Source: the human T2T-CHM13v2.0 reference genome, Homo sapiens | Length of the DNA: 64,000 nucleotides | Direction: 5' to 3' (one strand) | Assembly (NCBI RefSeq): GCF_009914755.1 | Contig: NC_060928.1 | Part shown: positions 33,375 through 49,725 of the stretch, one piece after another | Layout: every line of letters starts with the position of its first letter | Numbering within the stretch: the first letter of the stretch is position 1 | Notes under the pieces: model-generated | Database searches by the model: none | Told to the model about the DNA's origin: nothing | The model's input: the letters and a program-made list of their open reading frames with translations, nothing else | Position numbers and translations under genes: made by a program

Positions 33375-34142
33375 TGAAATGGGAGAGTTCCCTGACCCCC
33401 TCGCAGGATGTGTGACAGGGGTGTGGCTTGTCTGTTTGGGTGGCTGCTGCACTGTGTGCTGAACCCCTTACAGGAAGGGGAACACACAGACAGGCAGGAG
33501 CAGGAGCCAGGGCGAGTGCTTTTGGGCTCTGGCCTCATGGTAGTGTCTACAGGTTGGTGCCTGTGACTCTTGAAGCCTGAGTGGGTGTACTACAGTGCTC
33601 TTTCAACTCTGCCGTCTGCAGACAACTTAAGTGTTAACCAGCTCATTGCCTGGTTGGTACTTGGGTTTTTGTTTAGTGTCCAGAAAGAATCAGGTCACAC
33701 ACAGACTCGAAAGATTGTGAATGTGGGGATTTTATTGCCAGATGGAGGTGGCTCTCAGCAGGATGGGTGGGGAGCTAGAAAGGGGATGGGGTGGAAAGAT
33801 GATCTTCCCCTGGAGTTTGGCTGTCCCATGGCTGATGTCCTCTCCAACCATCCCCAGCTGAACTCTTCTCAACGTTCAGATGCTCCTTCTCTTCTCTCCT
33901 TCTTTGCAGTGCCACTCTCCTGTTCCTCTGCTCTTATGTTCGTCTGCTCATCTGCTTATGGAGCCTGGGGTTTGAGGTTTATATGGGTACAGAATAGGGG
34001 GTTGTGCTGTGCCAAAAGGCAACATTTGGGCTCAAAAACAGGAATACCTATTCCCATTTAGGGCCACAGGTTTCTAGGCTTGGGGATGGGGGCTTTGCTG
34101 GGGAACTGCCCTCTTCTACCTAGTATTTCCCTGTCCATATCA
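33375..34142 (-). mobile_element. LTR1-family (ERV1) solo LTR
   Basis: Reverse complement starts TGATATGGACAGGGAAATACTAGGTAGAAGAGGG; TG...CA termini; 4-bp TSD CCTC/CCTC. Confidence 0.85.
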
Positions 34143-35098
34143 CCTCCACTCCAGCCACACTGGCCTTGCTGCTTCTCTAAAAGGTCACGTTCACTGCCAT
34201 CTTGGGTCCTTTGCACTTGCTTTCTTGTTTGGAAAGTTCTTCTTTTAGATCTTCACTCAGATGTCTTTTAAGACATTACCCCTCAGACAGGTCTTCCCTT
34301 ATGATGTGGGTTCACATAGAACCTTCTTCCCTGGTCATTCCCTTGCTTTGTTCTTTCCACATAAAATGCATGCATGTGTTAATAGGTTGCTGTTTCTCCT
34401 CTTACCAGAGTGTACATGCTGCAAGGTCAAGATTTGTCTGCATTGCTCATTGCTATATCCTAGAGTTTTGAACTGCATCAGTCAGCATCCCAGCAATGTT
34501 CAACTCTTGCTCTAGGTTCTTCCTGGCAAATCCGTAAGTTGCCAAAGTTGTGTTAAAATTCATTCAGGGGCAGAGATTGAAATCTCTTAAAAACAGTACA
34601 ACTGATTATGCTACACAAGAAAAGGGGAAGGAGCTGTGTGAAGTTTAGAGGCACACAAAGGCAGGGACTGAGCTGGCCTCCTCTTCAGGAGTGTTGTAAA
34701 TGGCTGTGCATGGAGGGAAATGGCTTGGACGGATCAAGGCAGGGGTGGCAGCAGGCAGTCCTAGGGCTGGCTCGCTGGGAGGCAGCCTGGGGTAGGAGAT
34801 GAAAAGTCTTTCTCAGCAATGCCAGTTTGGACAGAGCTTTGCAGATTCCTGAAGTGTTCCAGCATGGGGCCAGGGAGGGCAGGTCAGGATGGTGGGGTGA
34901 TGTGAGTTGGGAGATGTTAGAGGGAAACAAGACCAACAGTCTTCCAACAAGTAACAGAAGAATGTGGCAAAGTGAAAACAAAGGAGGCAGCTGCAATCAC
35001 GTTATGGAATATTTCTATTAATTTGCAAATAAATCAATATTTTAGATTCCAAGAATTCTCAACACTCCTACTCTTTGGTGAGATGGGATGCCCCTAGA

Positions 35099-35520
35099 GC
35101 AGTGTCTCTCCAAGTGTAGTCCTCAGACTTCAGATAGCAAAATCAGCCTCACTTGGGAACTTCTTATAAAAGCAAATTCTCAAGCTCCACCCCAGACTTC
35201 TGAATGAGAAACCCTGGAGGAAGGGCCCAGAAATCTGTGTTTCTACAAGCCCACCAGAGGATTCTGGTGCACACTGAAGTTTGGAAACCAGTGCTCCAGA
35301 GTAGGCCTTCTCAGACGTTAAGGTACATGGGAATCACCAGGTGATCTTGTTAAATAAAAATACAAATTCTGATCAGTAAGTCTGGGCTGGGGCAGAGATT
35401 CTACATTTCTTTCTTTTTTTTTTTTTTGAGAGGAAGTCTCACTCTGTCACCCAGGCTGGAGGGTCTGCATTTCTAACAACTGCCCAGATGCCACTGATGC
35501 TGCTGGACCACAGAGACCAC
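35099..35520. mobile_element. Two adjacent MER5-type (hAT-Charlie) MITEs
   Basis: CAGTGTCTCTCCAAG...GAAATCTGTGTTTCTACAAGC...TTTGGAAACCAGTG, then a second copy GAATCACCAGG...CTGCATTTCTAACAA. Confidence 0.75.
35411..35461 (-). mobile_element. Extremely 5'-truncated Alu (~35 nt plus tail) with TSD
   Basis: T-run followed by GAGAGGAAGTCTCACTCTGTCACCCAGGCTGGAG; TSD TCTACATTTCT / TCTGCATTTCT. Confidence 0.85.
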
Positions 35521-36802
35521 AAAGTGAGGGTCTGTGATCAGAACAAGACCAAGAGTTCATGACCTGTGTCATGGGCTTTGTGGGAGCTTTTCTACATGGC
35601 AGGGAGGGAATAGAGGCTAAGTATAACCTCCTCTAGGAATCCCTTGTGGGGTGATGAGGGCTGGACTGCAGGTCTTGATACTGCTTTCTGGTCTGAGGGC
35701 AGGTGGGAGAGGGGCTGAGTTGGTGGTAGTAGAGTTAAGAGCAGCCACATCTGGAAAACATTTGCTAGATCTGGCCTTGTGGGGAAGGACCCTGGAGTAC
35801 TTCCACTCAAATTCCTTCTGGGGGTTTCCATGCATGCATCAGTTTCATGCTCTAGACTGTGATTTGAAGTTTCTTTCTTTCCTGGGGGGTATAGAGGAAG
35901 ATGGGAGGAGGCAAACAAAAACAAAAATCAAAACGTTTGGAGGGAAATTGGCTTGAGAATCTCACAAAAGATGTTTGTTATATTTAATTGGAAAGGAAAG
36001 GGTTTAAGGTGGAAATAGGTGGCCAGAGTCAGATTATTTTTATTTCTGATCTAATTAGTTGCTTAATGTAGTACTAAACATGAACAAGCCTTAGTAAAGC
36101 AAAATGGAAAGACTTCTAGGCAAGACTGAAATCCACATTGCATTTTCTTTTGACCAGGAGATTTTCTTTGCAGTTGAATAGGAAAGCAAATTAGACTGGA
36201 TGGTCTGGTATTAACCCCAATTTGGATGGACAAGAGACTCCTTGAACTTCAGTGCATAACCAAAGAATGAACTTGAAGTAGCTGAGGATATCTGACTCCC
36301 TCTGTAACTGCAGAAACAGAATTGCTGTGTAAATGGGTTTATGATCATATGGCAGAGAGAATGTTCATTCAGTGTTTAGTGCTATGTTTGAAAACAAGAA
36401 AGTTTTTTTGCTTTCTCCATTCTGGTGAAAGTTAAGTATGTGCTTTCTTCTTTAAATGAAAAGCAAAGGCAAGAGTGTTGCTCTTTTACCTTCAATTTTT
36501 ATGACACTGGAATCTCTCAGACTCCTGAATTATACAAGTCTAGAAGGAACACAGGTTATTCTTTAGGCTAACTTAATACAAATTAATAAGAGTTGCTTAA
36601 ATTTATGTCATGTATGTCAGTCTTATGGGACCTTTGCCTTTAAAGTACTACAATTATTGTTCAATAAAACAATATTAAGGGGTCTGACTTCAGCTAGGAG
36701 AGTTCTCAAAACATCTAAGTGGAGAGCTACAATTCCTGGAATAAGATGACCTTCCTTTTCTTTGCTTTTGAGTATGTCTCAAAAATTAGATATGACATCA
36801 TA

Positions 36803-39260
<2,458 letters not shown>

Positions 39261-40429
39261 ATAAATAGGATTTTAAGTATGGAAATCTAAGTTGTGTGCT
39301 ACATAATAATTTTCTCTTCCTATTTCTCCTTGTTTGGTTGATATTAAAATGAATGTATGATTATTTTTTCGACCTATAGGTGGCCAATCACATATGGTTA
39401 GTTCCCTTTCTTATGCAGAGCTTCATTGTGTGTAGGCAAAGACCAGATCACTACAGAGTGAAGAGGAAAAAGTTATATTCCCTAAACACTGAAAGCCTGA
39501 TTGCGGTATGTGCCTAGTGCTTGGTGCTCCAAAATAAAAGAGGCTTCCTGTCTTAAAAACTTTTTTTCTTTATTTATTATCTAATGTATTGATTAGGTCT
39601 AATCGACAATGAAAACTTGATAATCTAATACAGGATGGTAAATGGAGTTTTACAAATAGTAAATAAGAATAAGAATAAGAAAGTTTTATTCTAAGTCTTA
39701 TTATAAGAAATAGAATAAGACTCAGCTTTGGAATGTTGTAAAGATGAGGTGTGTCTCATTCCATGGACATGTTTCACTGAAGAGGCAGAGTAATAATAAC
39801 TCAGTAAAAATCACTGCAAACATTTGTGCTACTCTTTTTCTAGTTTGCATGGCCCCTTGCCTAGCCATTACCATTGCTTTGCTTAATGCTCCCAGCATCC
39901 TATGTGAGGTAAATATTGCTACATCCAATGTAAAGAAGAGGCAAGGGTGGTTATGCACCAAGATCCCCTACTTCAAACTCTGGGCCACTACTGGAGGTCA
40001 GTGATTCTGTGAGATTTTACATGGAATAATTTTGGAGAATACTTGGAAGACAATTTTTTTAAAAAAGCAAATAGGAAAAACCTTACTGAGGGAGTAAATT
40101 CAGGCAGCCCAGCCAATCTCTAGAAAATGGGTAAGACATTCCTCTGTAAATTGTAACACCATCACTGAAGCACCTCACAGTAGAGACAAAGAGCTTCATC
40201 GATTTGGACATCTACTTAAAGGCTCATTTTGCTCAATGCGCAGCCTTTGTTAAGTTTGTTATTTTTCTCACCACAGAGAGAAAGCAATAATTGAAATTGC
40301 TACTTGGTTTTAAATCTGAATCATAACATAGATTCGGGTGGTATCTGGAAATAATGGGAACTGTAGAAAAGTGTGAAAAGGTTATCACTGAATGATTCTG
40401 CCCAGAAATGGATGTGTTAGGCATCAGAC

Positions 40430-41295
40430 TTAACTTGGAGTTTGGGAAAGTAGTTTCAAAAAAGTCAGTAAAAAGTTGGATAATTCCATAGCCAGAGACT
40501 CAAAAGGGTAGATGCCCAAGAGGTATGGAAAGTTCTGACAGGCAAAATTCTGACCTTTAAACTTGAAGAGTGAAAAAAGAGAAAAAGACTCGAGAAAGCA
40601 GCAGGTTTTCCCAGGGTGCTCTTTGAGAAACTGGGAAAGGACTTAGCCTAAAAGGTGGAAGGAGGGTCCCAAAATTGTGGCTATAAAATCCTGGCATGTT
40701 CTCTGATAATAACGCCAGCTAAGCACAGCATCAGAGTGGGCTGAAGTTTTCTAAAAATACCAGAGAAATTTAAAAAGAGACATTTTTAAAAGCGTTGATT
40801 GAAAACAAGAAATTATGGCGCTCGTAACAAGGACAACAGAGGTGTAAAGAGACCTCTAAAACAGCACCACTCTTCTCCTGCCCAAGTCCGTATTCTCCAC
40901 AAAAGGGAAAGAACTTTAAAAGCAACGGGTGCCCAGACCCAGTGGAGATGAGACCACCAGAAACTCAGCACACATAGCTAAGGAGCATTTCGACCCTAAC
41001 TGAGGTGGATGCATGGAGGAAATGAGAAAAGAAGTAAATAAGCAAATAAATAATACAAAAGTAAGTGTGTTTGTTAACTGGCAATTCAATATGAGGCTAC
41101 AGCACAATGACGTAACCACATAATGAGTGGGTTTGAAAAACAGTCAAAACTGCGGCTTTGTTAGTAGACTGAGAGTGTTGAAAGTAGAACAGGCAGTCTT
41201 ACCCTTCAGTGCTGGCTAGACCACATTTAGAGTGTTGTGTTCCATTCTGTGGCCCACACTTCAAGAGGGGACACAAGAAACTGGAGCACATTATT
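40430..41295 (+). mobile_element. L3/CR1 fragments
   Basis: CCATAGCCAGAGACTCAAAAGGGTAGATGCCCAAGAGG... and GCTAGACCACATTTAGAGTGTTGTGTTCCATTCTG...ACACTTCAAGAGGG resemble CR1 ORF2. Confidence 0.5.
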
Positions 41296-42174
41296 CTTCT
41301 TGGAATGGAGAAGGAGTTGAGGGTAGATAGACAAAATGGTGTCGAGTCCCTTCTAATGCTATGATGGAAGAACGCTTGAAAATTCCCTTCCTAGCACTGT
41401 GCACCTCCCAAGCCCTAGCAAAGTAACTGCCTTTCCTCCAGGAATGCTCTCTGCTAAAGGGGAGCGACTCAGCTCTTTCATGTGAAGGTAGGAGCAGCAT
41501 CTGGCCTGGACTCTCCTGGGAGACAGCAATGTAGCAGGTGTGAGAGCGTCAAAGCAAAGCCACCATGACTGTGGTGCTGCTGAGGACCTGAGGCAAGTCC
41601 CTTTCTTCTGCACCTCATTTTGCTCAATTGCAAAGTGCGGAGAATATGTAGGGAATTTAGTCCAGTGGTTGACATGTGGAAAACCACCAGAAACACGCAT
41701 GGAGATGTTTAATTTTGGAAAGAGTCTACCCTGAGCTAGTCCAGCAGCACCAGTCATCCTTCTTCCTACAGTCCTATCTGTACTCCACGCCTTTCAGAAA
41801 TACCATCCCATTTGGGATAGGCCAATGCATCCCGAAGAAAATGGCGAAAGGACGGATCAAGGGTACCGTCTGCTACTTACTAAGCAATTTCAGATTCCAG
41901 TTCTGCATTCACTTTTCTCAAGGTTGGATTCATTCCCCACTGCTACCGAAACAGAGACAATGGAGGTATTCTCCGCTCCTAATCACCCCCTTGGTCTCAA
42001 TATTGATATTTAATAGGGTCATGTGGGCTGCAGGGGGCTTGGCTCTCAAGTCCTCAGGGTTACCAAGATTCACGGAGGCAGGGCTGGAATTTCGAAACAC
42101 TCAGTTCTGACCCAAGCGCTAAAATGGCAAGGACCTTCCTGACTACTATTAATAATTGGTCCCTGTGCCCAGCA

Positions 42175-42355
42175 GAGTCTGACGGCACCCTGGCGCCAGG
42201 GCCTGGGGTGGCAGTGCGCCGTGCCAGACCCGGCAGGGCCTGGACCTAGTGGGGTCCGGGAAGGGCTGAGCGTGAACCATTCCCGCTTCTGCGCTCGGGC
42301 GCCCAGCACACCAACCCGCTCAAAGTAGAAGGGCCTGCTGGGGCTCTCGGACGCC
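42175..42355. promoter_or_regulatory. Small GC/CpG-rich patch, candidate promoter or enhancer
   Basis: Locally high GC with many retained CpGs in non-repeat DNA within a CpG-depleted window. Confidence 0.4.
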
Positions 42356-42937
42356 AAAAACATGTTAGAGAGTAGCATTTTAATGAACTGAGTGTAAATG
42401 CATTAAAAACACATGGAATTAATGCTCCTTGAAATAAACATAGGCTTAAAAAAACGAGGAAAGCAAATGTTTTGGCAAAACACATTTTGGGTTTTTTGAA
42501 CCCCAAATATTTGAAAACTATTCATGCAATCTTAATCCAGAGTGCCATTTAGCTCTCCTGTGGTGACGAATAATATGAAAGTAGGAAAATTCAGCGTCTT
42601 TCTCTATATTCGTGGGATTTCCACAAAGACACAGACCAACAGGAAGGCTTTCAGGGAACAGTTTAAAAAATACTTAGGAAATGCAGGTTTCGGTGTTTGA
42701 AAAGAAATGACAGGAGGTAAACGTGTGTTATTTGATTGATGGAAGGCAAAGGAGTAAACAGCTGACATATTATTAATTTGAACGCTGAGGTGCAGCACTA
42801 ACCAAACACTGAAACTTAATGCGTATGACTCAAAAAGCCACAATCTTATTTAAAAAGAATAAAAATATGAAAAAACCCTCTCTCAATACATTTTGAAATC
42901 CTGTATTTATGTATGGGACTTGACAAGAAAGTAAAAC

Positions 42938-43721
42938 TGAAATAGGAGAGTTCCCTGATCCCCCTTGCAGGACGTGCTCACCTGCCTATAGGACAGGCTC
43001 ACTTGCCTATCAAACCCCTAGCCGGAGGGGGAGCATGCAGACAGGCAGGTGCAGAGGCAGGGGGAGTGCTTTGGGCTCTGGCCCCGAGGTAGTGTCTAGG
43101 GGTGGGTGCTTGCAACCCCAGAGTTACAAAGCTCTTTCAGCTTTGCTATCTACAGATGGCTTGAGTGTTAGCCAGCTCAATGGACCCTCTGCTTTTTTGC
43201 AAAGGCAGAAGACCAGTGTGACAGCTTTCTGTATCCTGAGCTCTTGCCCAGCATCCTGGAAAAATTGGGTCACACTCAGGCTTGAAGGGTGAATGTGAGG
43301 TTTTATTGAGTGGTGGAGGTGGCTTTCAGTGGAATGGATGGGGAACCGAAAGCGGGGGTTGGAGTGGGATGGTAATCTTCCCCTGGAGTCAGGCCACCCA
43401 GTGGCTGGACTCCTCTCTAACCAACCCAGCCAGACTCCTCTCGGCATTCAGACGATCCTCCTCTTCTGTCTTTCTCTGTTGTGTTGTTCCACCATCCCTC
43501 TGCTGGTCTGCTGGCTTGATGGTCGGCTTCTGGAGCCTGGGGTTCGGGATGTATATGGGTGCAGCATAGGGGGTGTGGCAGGCCAAAAGGCAACTTTTTG
43601 GGCGTGAAAACAGGAATGCCTGTCCTCATTTAAGACCATGGGTCTTCAGGCTTGAAGGTAGGGCCTTTGCTGGGGAACTGGCCTCTTCTACCCAGTATTT
43701 TCCTGTTTCCTGTCTGTATCA
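42938..43721 (-). mobile_element. LTR1-family (ERV1) solo LTR
   Basis: Reverse complement starts TGATACAGACAGGAAACAGGAAAATACTGGGTAGAAGAGG; 4-bp TSD AAAC/AAAC. Confidence 0.85.
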
Positions 43722-45679
43722 AAACTACCTGGAAGGCTGAGGGCACTCAGGCCAGGAGCACACCCACCTGCCATATGCCCCACCTGGGCCTGTACCTTGA
43801 CCACCAGGCCCAAGAAAGATAGACCCCTTCAACCCTCTCCACCACCTGTTTGGAGTGCTCACTGACAACTGACATTCCTAACCCACTCCTAGTGCCAGAT
43901 CCAGTCCTGGAAATCTGACAGTTTGAGCTTCATCACCCTAAGGTCCTTCAGCTGTCCTCCAGCTGCCCCCTCTATTTCCCCACCTCTCTAGGAACTGATT
44001 TCCCAATAGGCACGTGCTCTCAGATGGCTGTTGGCTCAGGTGTTAGCTAATAAGCAAGGTGTTTGCTGACAAGGGCTTAACGCCTCCCAGAGGCATTTGC
44101 ATTTTAATAGGGATTGTTACAAGAATTCAACCCCCAAAGGAATGAAGTTATGATGGTAAAATGCCAGGAACCCATGTGGATATTTCAGAGCAGGGAGCCC
44201 TCTCCTTGGATCCTAACACCTGGTTAGCTAGCCCTGTCTATAGCTCTCTGGAGTGGAACATGAGATCATTTCTCTTCACCCTGCGGGGGCTGGCAATCAG
44301 CTCACAAAGTGAGGTAGCCATCTTTAAACAGCAGGATCCAGAGTCCCAGAAATCTTGACTCAGCCAGATGGGATGTCAGAGGAAGCTTCTGAAGAACTGG
44401 AGACCAGTTACAGCAAGCCGCTATGGAACATCTCTGGGCCAGATTCGGTGTTATCTTAAAGGTACCAGTTTCTAAGCAGTTGCTGACCTCAGGGAACTCC
44501 CTGTTTAGTGGAGGATGGGCCCTCTCAACGAAGATACAGGAGCACAAAGAGGGAGAAGGGGTTTCTGCAGTTGGCTGGGGGAGCTCTCATCTTTCTCCCC
44601 GCACAAGCTATTCACCACGCCACTGCTCCGTCTCATCTCTGCTCCTTGCATCTTGCTCCCCGCCACGTTATGCACATTTGGGGCCTTTTTAAAGTTATAA
44701 AACTAAGGTAACTTTATTTTAGAAGTTTTCAAATTACAGAAAAGCACAAAGCAGGAGGTAAAAATCCATAATATCACCATCCCTAGGATCACAGGGTTAA
44801 CTACTATTTTATGTTCTTCTAATCTTTAATCTACACTTGGGGATCTATTTTTTATAAGCTAAAGATCATAAATATATCATTAATACAAATATATTAAATT
44901 CTTATAATTTGTAAAAGTCCCATATTGTTAAACACACTTTGAAAATGTATGTTTTTATACATATTCCATATTATGAAAGGTGATGATCCATCTTACAAAG
45001 GGTAATAATTAACAAAGAACTTTGTGATATGTTTAGGTTTTAGCAAAATGTCTTTAATTCTTTATTAAATAGTCAAGCTCATGGGGAAGGAAATCGTAAA
45101 ACTGTAAAAATATTAAACACAGGAGCTTGTATTGAGCAATATATAACATTTTAGGATGATGCATCTCTTAAAGAAGGTTTGATAATGTTGCATTTTCATT
45201 GAAATTAACTCATAGAAATGTGAAACATTATCATTTTTCATTCCAGCCATTGTTTTGTAATTTCTATTACCTAAAGTGTAAATTAACCTTGAGGTTAATT
45301 TAGGTTAGAGGTCTGTATTGCATAATAGAGAAAAACCAACAAGTCTTATTATTTCTAGGAGAATTTAGTATCTTTTTTCCCTCAAATGTCAGAATCTTAG
45401 GGAACAATGAGGGAACATATTTTGCTAGCAAAAAGTGTATTTGCTTTGAGATTTTTTTCCCCTTTGGCTTAACATATCTGGCAACAAGCATCTTACACGA
45501 ATTTATTTTCTTAAAGGGAAACTCACACTTCTGTAACAAATACATGTTTTTCTTCTGGAAGAGGAGCTTTCTTGCTACTGCCCATAGTATGTATGGGTAT
45601 AGCCAGCCACTTGTCTAAGACAAAGCTTATTGTACAAACTATATGTTTAGAAAACGTACTTTGACTCTTCATGGTATCT

Positions 45680-45850
45680 CAGTATCTCAACCATGACTAT
45701 AAACAAGAATCACCTGGAAAGCCTGTTAAAATGTCCCAGGCCTTACATTCCAACTCATTATTGGGGTGGAGAATAGGAGGCAGGGGTCCTCATTTTTAAG
45801 AAGCCACACAGGGGATTCTAATGTCCGAGGGCCACACTTTGAGAAACACT
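45680..45850. mobile_element. MER5-type MITE
   Basis: CAGTATCTCAACC...AGAATCACCTGG...GGGCCACACTTTGAGAAACACTG. Confidence 0.65.
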
Positions 45851-46144
45851 GCCCTGCTGAATAAAAGCCCAACTCCTTAGCATGGGATCCAAGTCCCTCC
45901 TTAATCTCATTCCTATCAGGCCCATCTCCCAACACTAGACCCAGCCATTCTTTGTCACACTGATGGCTCATTCTTCCCTAACACAGCATTCTACTCCATG
46001 CCTTCATCCCTTTGGTCAAGTAGTGTAGCTGTCTTTTCCTTTCTGGTCTTAAGAACAAGTAATTCTTGTTCTTAAGAATTTTCCTGCTAATTGGTGCATA
46101 TCATCCTATTGTGTGCCTAGTGGTTTCCTAGTGCTGTTCTAAGC

Positions 46145-46615
46145 AATATATATGTGTGTGTGTAAATATGTATATTTATATAAAAATAAATTTGCTTATA
46201 TATAAACTTATAATTTATATAAAATTATATAAATAACCTATAAATCATACATAATTTCCATATAAATGTATAATATATAATTATATTATATAAATATATA
46301 TTATATATAATTTACATATGAGAATTTATATAATATAATTTATATGTTCATATATATTATGTATAAATGTATATGTTAATATATGTAATTATATACAATT
46401 TTAAAATATATAATATAAAACAATATTATATAAAAATTATACTATATACATTATAAATTTATTTATATATCTTTATAAATATTAAGTATTAAAATATTGA
46501 TAAATTAAAATATTAAACATTAAATATTTATGTAGAAATTTATATATAAATATATATACACATACACATATAAAAATTTATTTCATCCTTCCCACCTCTC
46601 TATTAATATATTATC
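46145..46615. repeat. AT-rich low-complexity, degenerate (TA)n tract
   Basis: Almost entirely A/T over about 450 bp. Confidence 0.9.
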
Positions 46616-46807
46616 ATTCCTATATTGCAGCTTAATAAACTATGGCTGAATTAAATGAGTAAAGAGATGAATGAATATTATGAATATTTGTTCAATGTAA
46701 AAACAGCTGGAGTAGTGGAGGGGAACAGACCCCACATCCTAGGCCTGAGACTCGGGGGACATGGGAAATGACTGTTCACATTTCATAGGAATACGAAGAT
46801 AATGGGT

Positions 46808-47132
46808 GCTATGGTCTGCATGCGTGTTCCCCAAAATTCATGTGTTGAAATCCTCATCCACAAATTGATGATATTAAGAGATGGGGCCTTTTTGGGACAT
46901 GATTGGGTCATGGGAGGAGACCCGCCCTAAATGGAATGAGTGTCCTTATAAAAGAAGCAGGAAGTGTTTGTGTCTTCCACCACAAGGACACAGTGACAAG
47001 GTGCCATCTGCGAACCAGGAAGTGAGTCCTCACTAGACACTGAGTATGCTGGCATCTTAATCTTGGACTTCTAAGCTTCCAAAACTGTGAATAAATTTCT
47101 GTTGTTTATAAGCCATCCTATTTATGGTATTT
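46808..47132 (+). mobile_element. MLT1A/MSTD-type LTR
   Basis: TGCTATGGTCTGCATG...CCCCAAAATTCATGTGTTGAAATCC...AATAAATTTCTGTTGTTTATAAGCCA. Confidence 0.85.
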
Positions 47133-49499
47133 GTCCAAAAGAACTGTGATAACGGGATGCTGATCATTCAGAATTTGAAAGAAAAGTATTTTAAAAACAT
47201 CTGTCTCAATTTTTTGTACATATTATGTTGAAATTACAGCATAGCAATGCAAATCTTTTTATAATTTTTCACACCTACTCAAAAATATGCTATGGAGACC
47301 TTCATTTATGGGCATAAAATATGCTGCTTCCTAAGGCTGTCCTGCAGGGGAGGCTTTTCTTCTGGCCCTGTACTGCTCTTTAGTCAAGCCTCTCTGTGTG
47401 CCTCTCGGTTCCTCAGACACATCATTTTCTCTCTACCTCAGAGCCCTGACACGTGTGGGCCTCCTGCGTAGAGGCTTTCTTCTTGCTTAGTTTCAACTTG
47501 TCTTGCAAAGCCCAGATCAGATGGCCCCACCCCTAACATTTTTAGGGCTGGAAGCAAGAATGCAAATGGAAACACATGCTATAGACAGAATTTAGACTTC
47601 TCAGATTCCATGCAGTTTCACATGGGAGTGCTGTGGTGTAAGAACAGGGACTCCTGACTTGTGGCCGAAGCCTCATCTTTCTACTTTCCCCATCCTTGGC
47701 TCCTTCTCTCATCATGAAAGGAAGAGCTTGTGAATATCCCAGTGTGTACGTCAAAATCCACACATACACACACTGCAAGCAACCTCTCTTGGTCATCACC
47801 CTGAAGCCTTGGGGTGTACCTATTTGTCTTAGTTCCCACTGGCATGATAGACCCAGGGAAGAGGCTTGAGGTGCTTTCAGTAATTCAGAGGTACAGGGCA
47901 CCCCGAGCCTGGTCTAGAATGGAGGTGTGGGCTTCTTTGAAGTGCTGGTTGTGGTGACTCTTGCCTGGGGCCATGGGTGGCACTAAGCTCAAACATCCAT
48001 TTCTCCAAGTTTAATCTTCCAGATAAACTTTCATACTTCTCTTTGAAGTACTTAATAAGGAGAACTCATTCAAAGTTTAATGAGTTATTGTTCAAACTGG
48101 TGGTATAAGGTCTGACTCCATTGCAAAAAAATCATTTCACAAGGGCGGAGCTGAATCTTGTCTTGTTCACTTCTGTTTTTTCTGTTGTCCAAAACAGTGT
48201 CTGGCAAACAAATGGTGCTCATCATATATTTGTTGAATGGATTAATGAAAGGCCGCTGAGACTTCTAGAAATAGTTTGGGTCTCTCAAAAATATTTTTAA
48301 AACTCTGCTTGGCTTTTTCTTATATATCTGCATTATTATCAACATTAGCAGCTTCACAGACTAAAAGTTTAAATATCACAGAAGATTTTCTAGCACTTTG
48401 GATCTAAAGATAAAGTCCTCAGTGGGAACTGCAGGGATAAAGGATTTAGGTAAGATTCCCAGGCACAGGCCCATACAAATATGTGTGGTGTAAATCCTAT
48501 AACAGAATACCAATATTATATACAGAACTTTTTCTTTGTGGCAAATTACAAAGTTAGCATTAAAAAAATCAAACTGGAGGTGAAAAAAATAACATCTATC
48601 CTTCACAGGACTGCGTGCAATTCTACTTGGAGATCTTCATAACACCTTAAGGGAAAAATCCTTTTTGAAAGAAAAACAAGTCTGGGTGGTGCTTGAAAAT
48701 TCAGAAGGCAGCTAGAAACTCTGCCAATTACAACTGTAAGTAATAACACAGTATTAAATTTTATTTTCCATTTTTAAGACTGGATTTTTTAAAAGCAGCA
48801 GGTATGTGGAGTGATATTTCTAACAGATGTTTTGAAAAAAAATTAATAGTTTTATTTATCTTGGTTGGTATGAAAACTTTGACCTTCAAGGGTAAGGTTT
48901 TGATTCACTGAGAGATGGAATCCTTATGGACAGAGGCCTGAATGCCTCAGTTTTGGGTTTTAGTTATTTTCAAAGTTTTTGTCCTCTTTTTCCACCTTAT
49001 TGATTAGTGGGCAAAAATTATCATCTAAATTTGAAATTCTGTTCTCACTTAAAGCTTATTCTGTAATTCTGAATAATCTAGAAAAGATAATATTGTCTAT
49101 ATATCGGTCTTCTCGCAAAAAACACTGAGAGATGACAAGGCCACTTCAGCCAGAAGCCACTGTATCTGGCCACAATTACTATCCTTATTTATTGAAAACT
49201 GTATTACAAGCCATGGAAATTCAAAGTGCTACAGAAACAAACACTCTTCCTTTAGAACCTGCTCAATTTCCCAGGAGCTTAACAGAACTCTATCTTATAT
49301 TCTCTCTGGGAAAGATAAAATAGCAAACAACAAAACTCAAGGTCTAAAAATAAAACCAGTTAAATCAACTCACGGTGTAGCAGAACACTGCCACTCATCT
49401 GGTCACCTCTATAAGACTCACCTGTTTAACCCTGTAACCCAGAGTTTCTCAGCATTGGCACAGTCAACACTTTGGGTTGGATAACCCTCATTTAACTTC

Positions 49500-49725
49500 T
49501 CTTCTTTAACTCCTACTTTTTGTCATTGTGATAAATATGCGCAACATAGAATTGATCATTTTAACAATTTTTGAGTGACAGTTCAGTGGCTTTAAGTACA
49601 CTTATATTGTTGTGCAACCATCACCGCCATCTAGCTCCAGAAATTTCTCATCTTCCCCAACTGAAACTCCATGCCGTTAAATAATAACTCCCCCTCATAT
49701 CCTGCCCCTAGTCCTGGGAACCACT
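49500..49725 (-). mobile_element. L1MB 3'-end fragment (preceded by a short MER20-like piece)
   Basis: CAGTTCAGTGGCTTTAAGTACAC...TTGTGCAACCATCACCGCCATCTAGCTCCAGAA...AACTGAAACTC. Confidence 0.75.

Noticed and set aside
41359-42110. 132-aa and 144-aa ORFs
   Set aside because: No recognisable homology or motifs; likely random.
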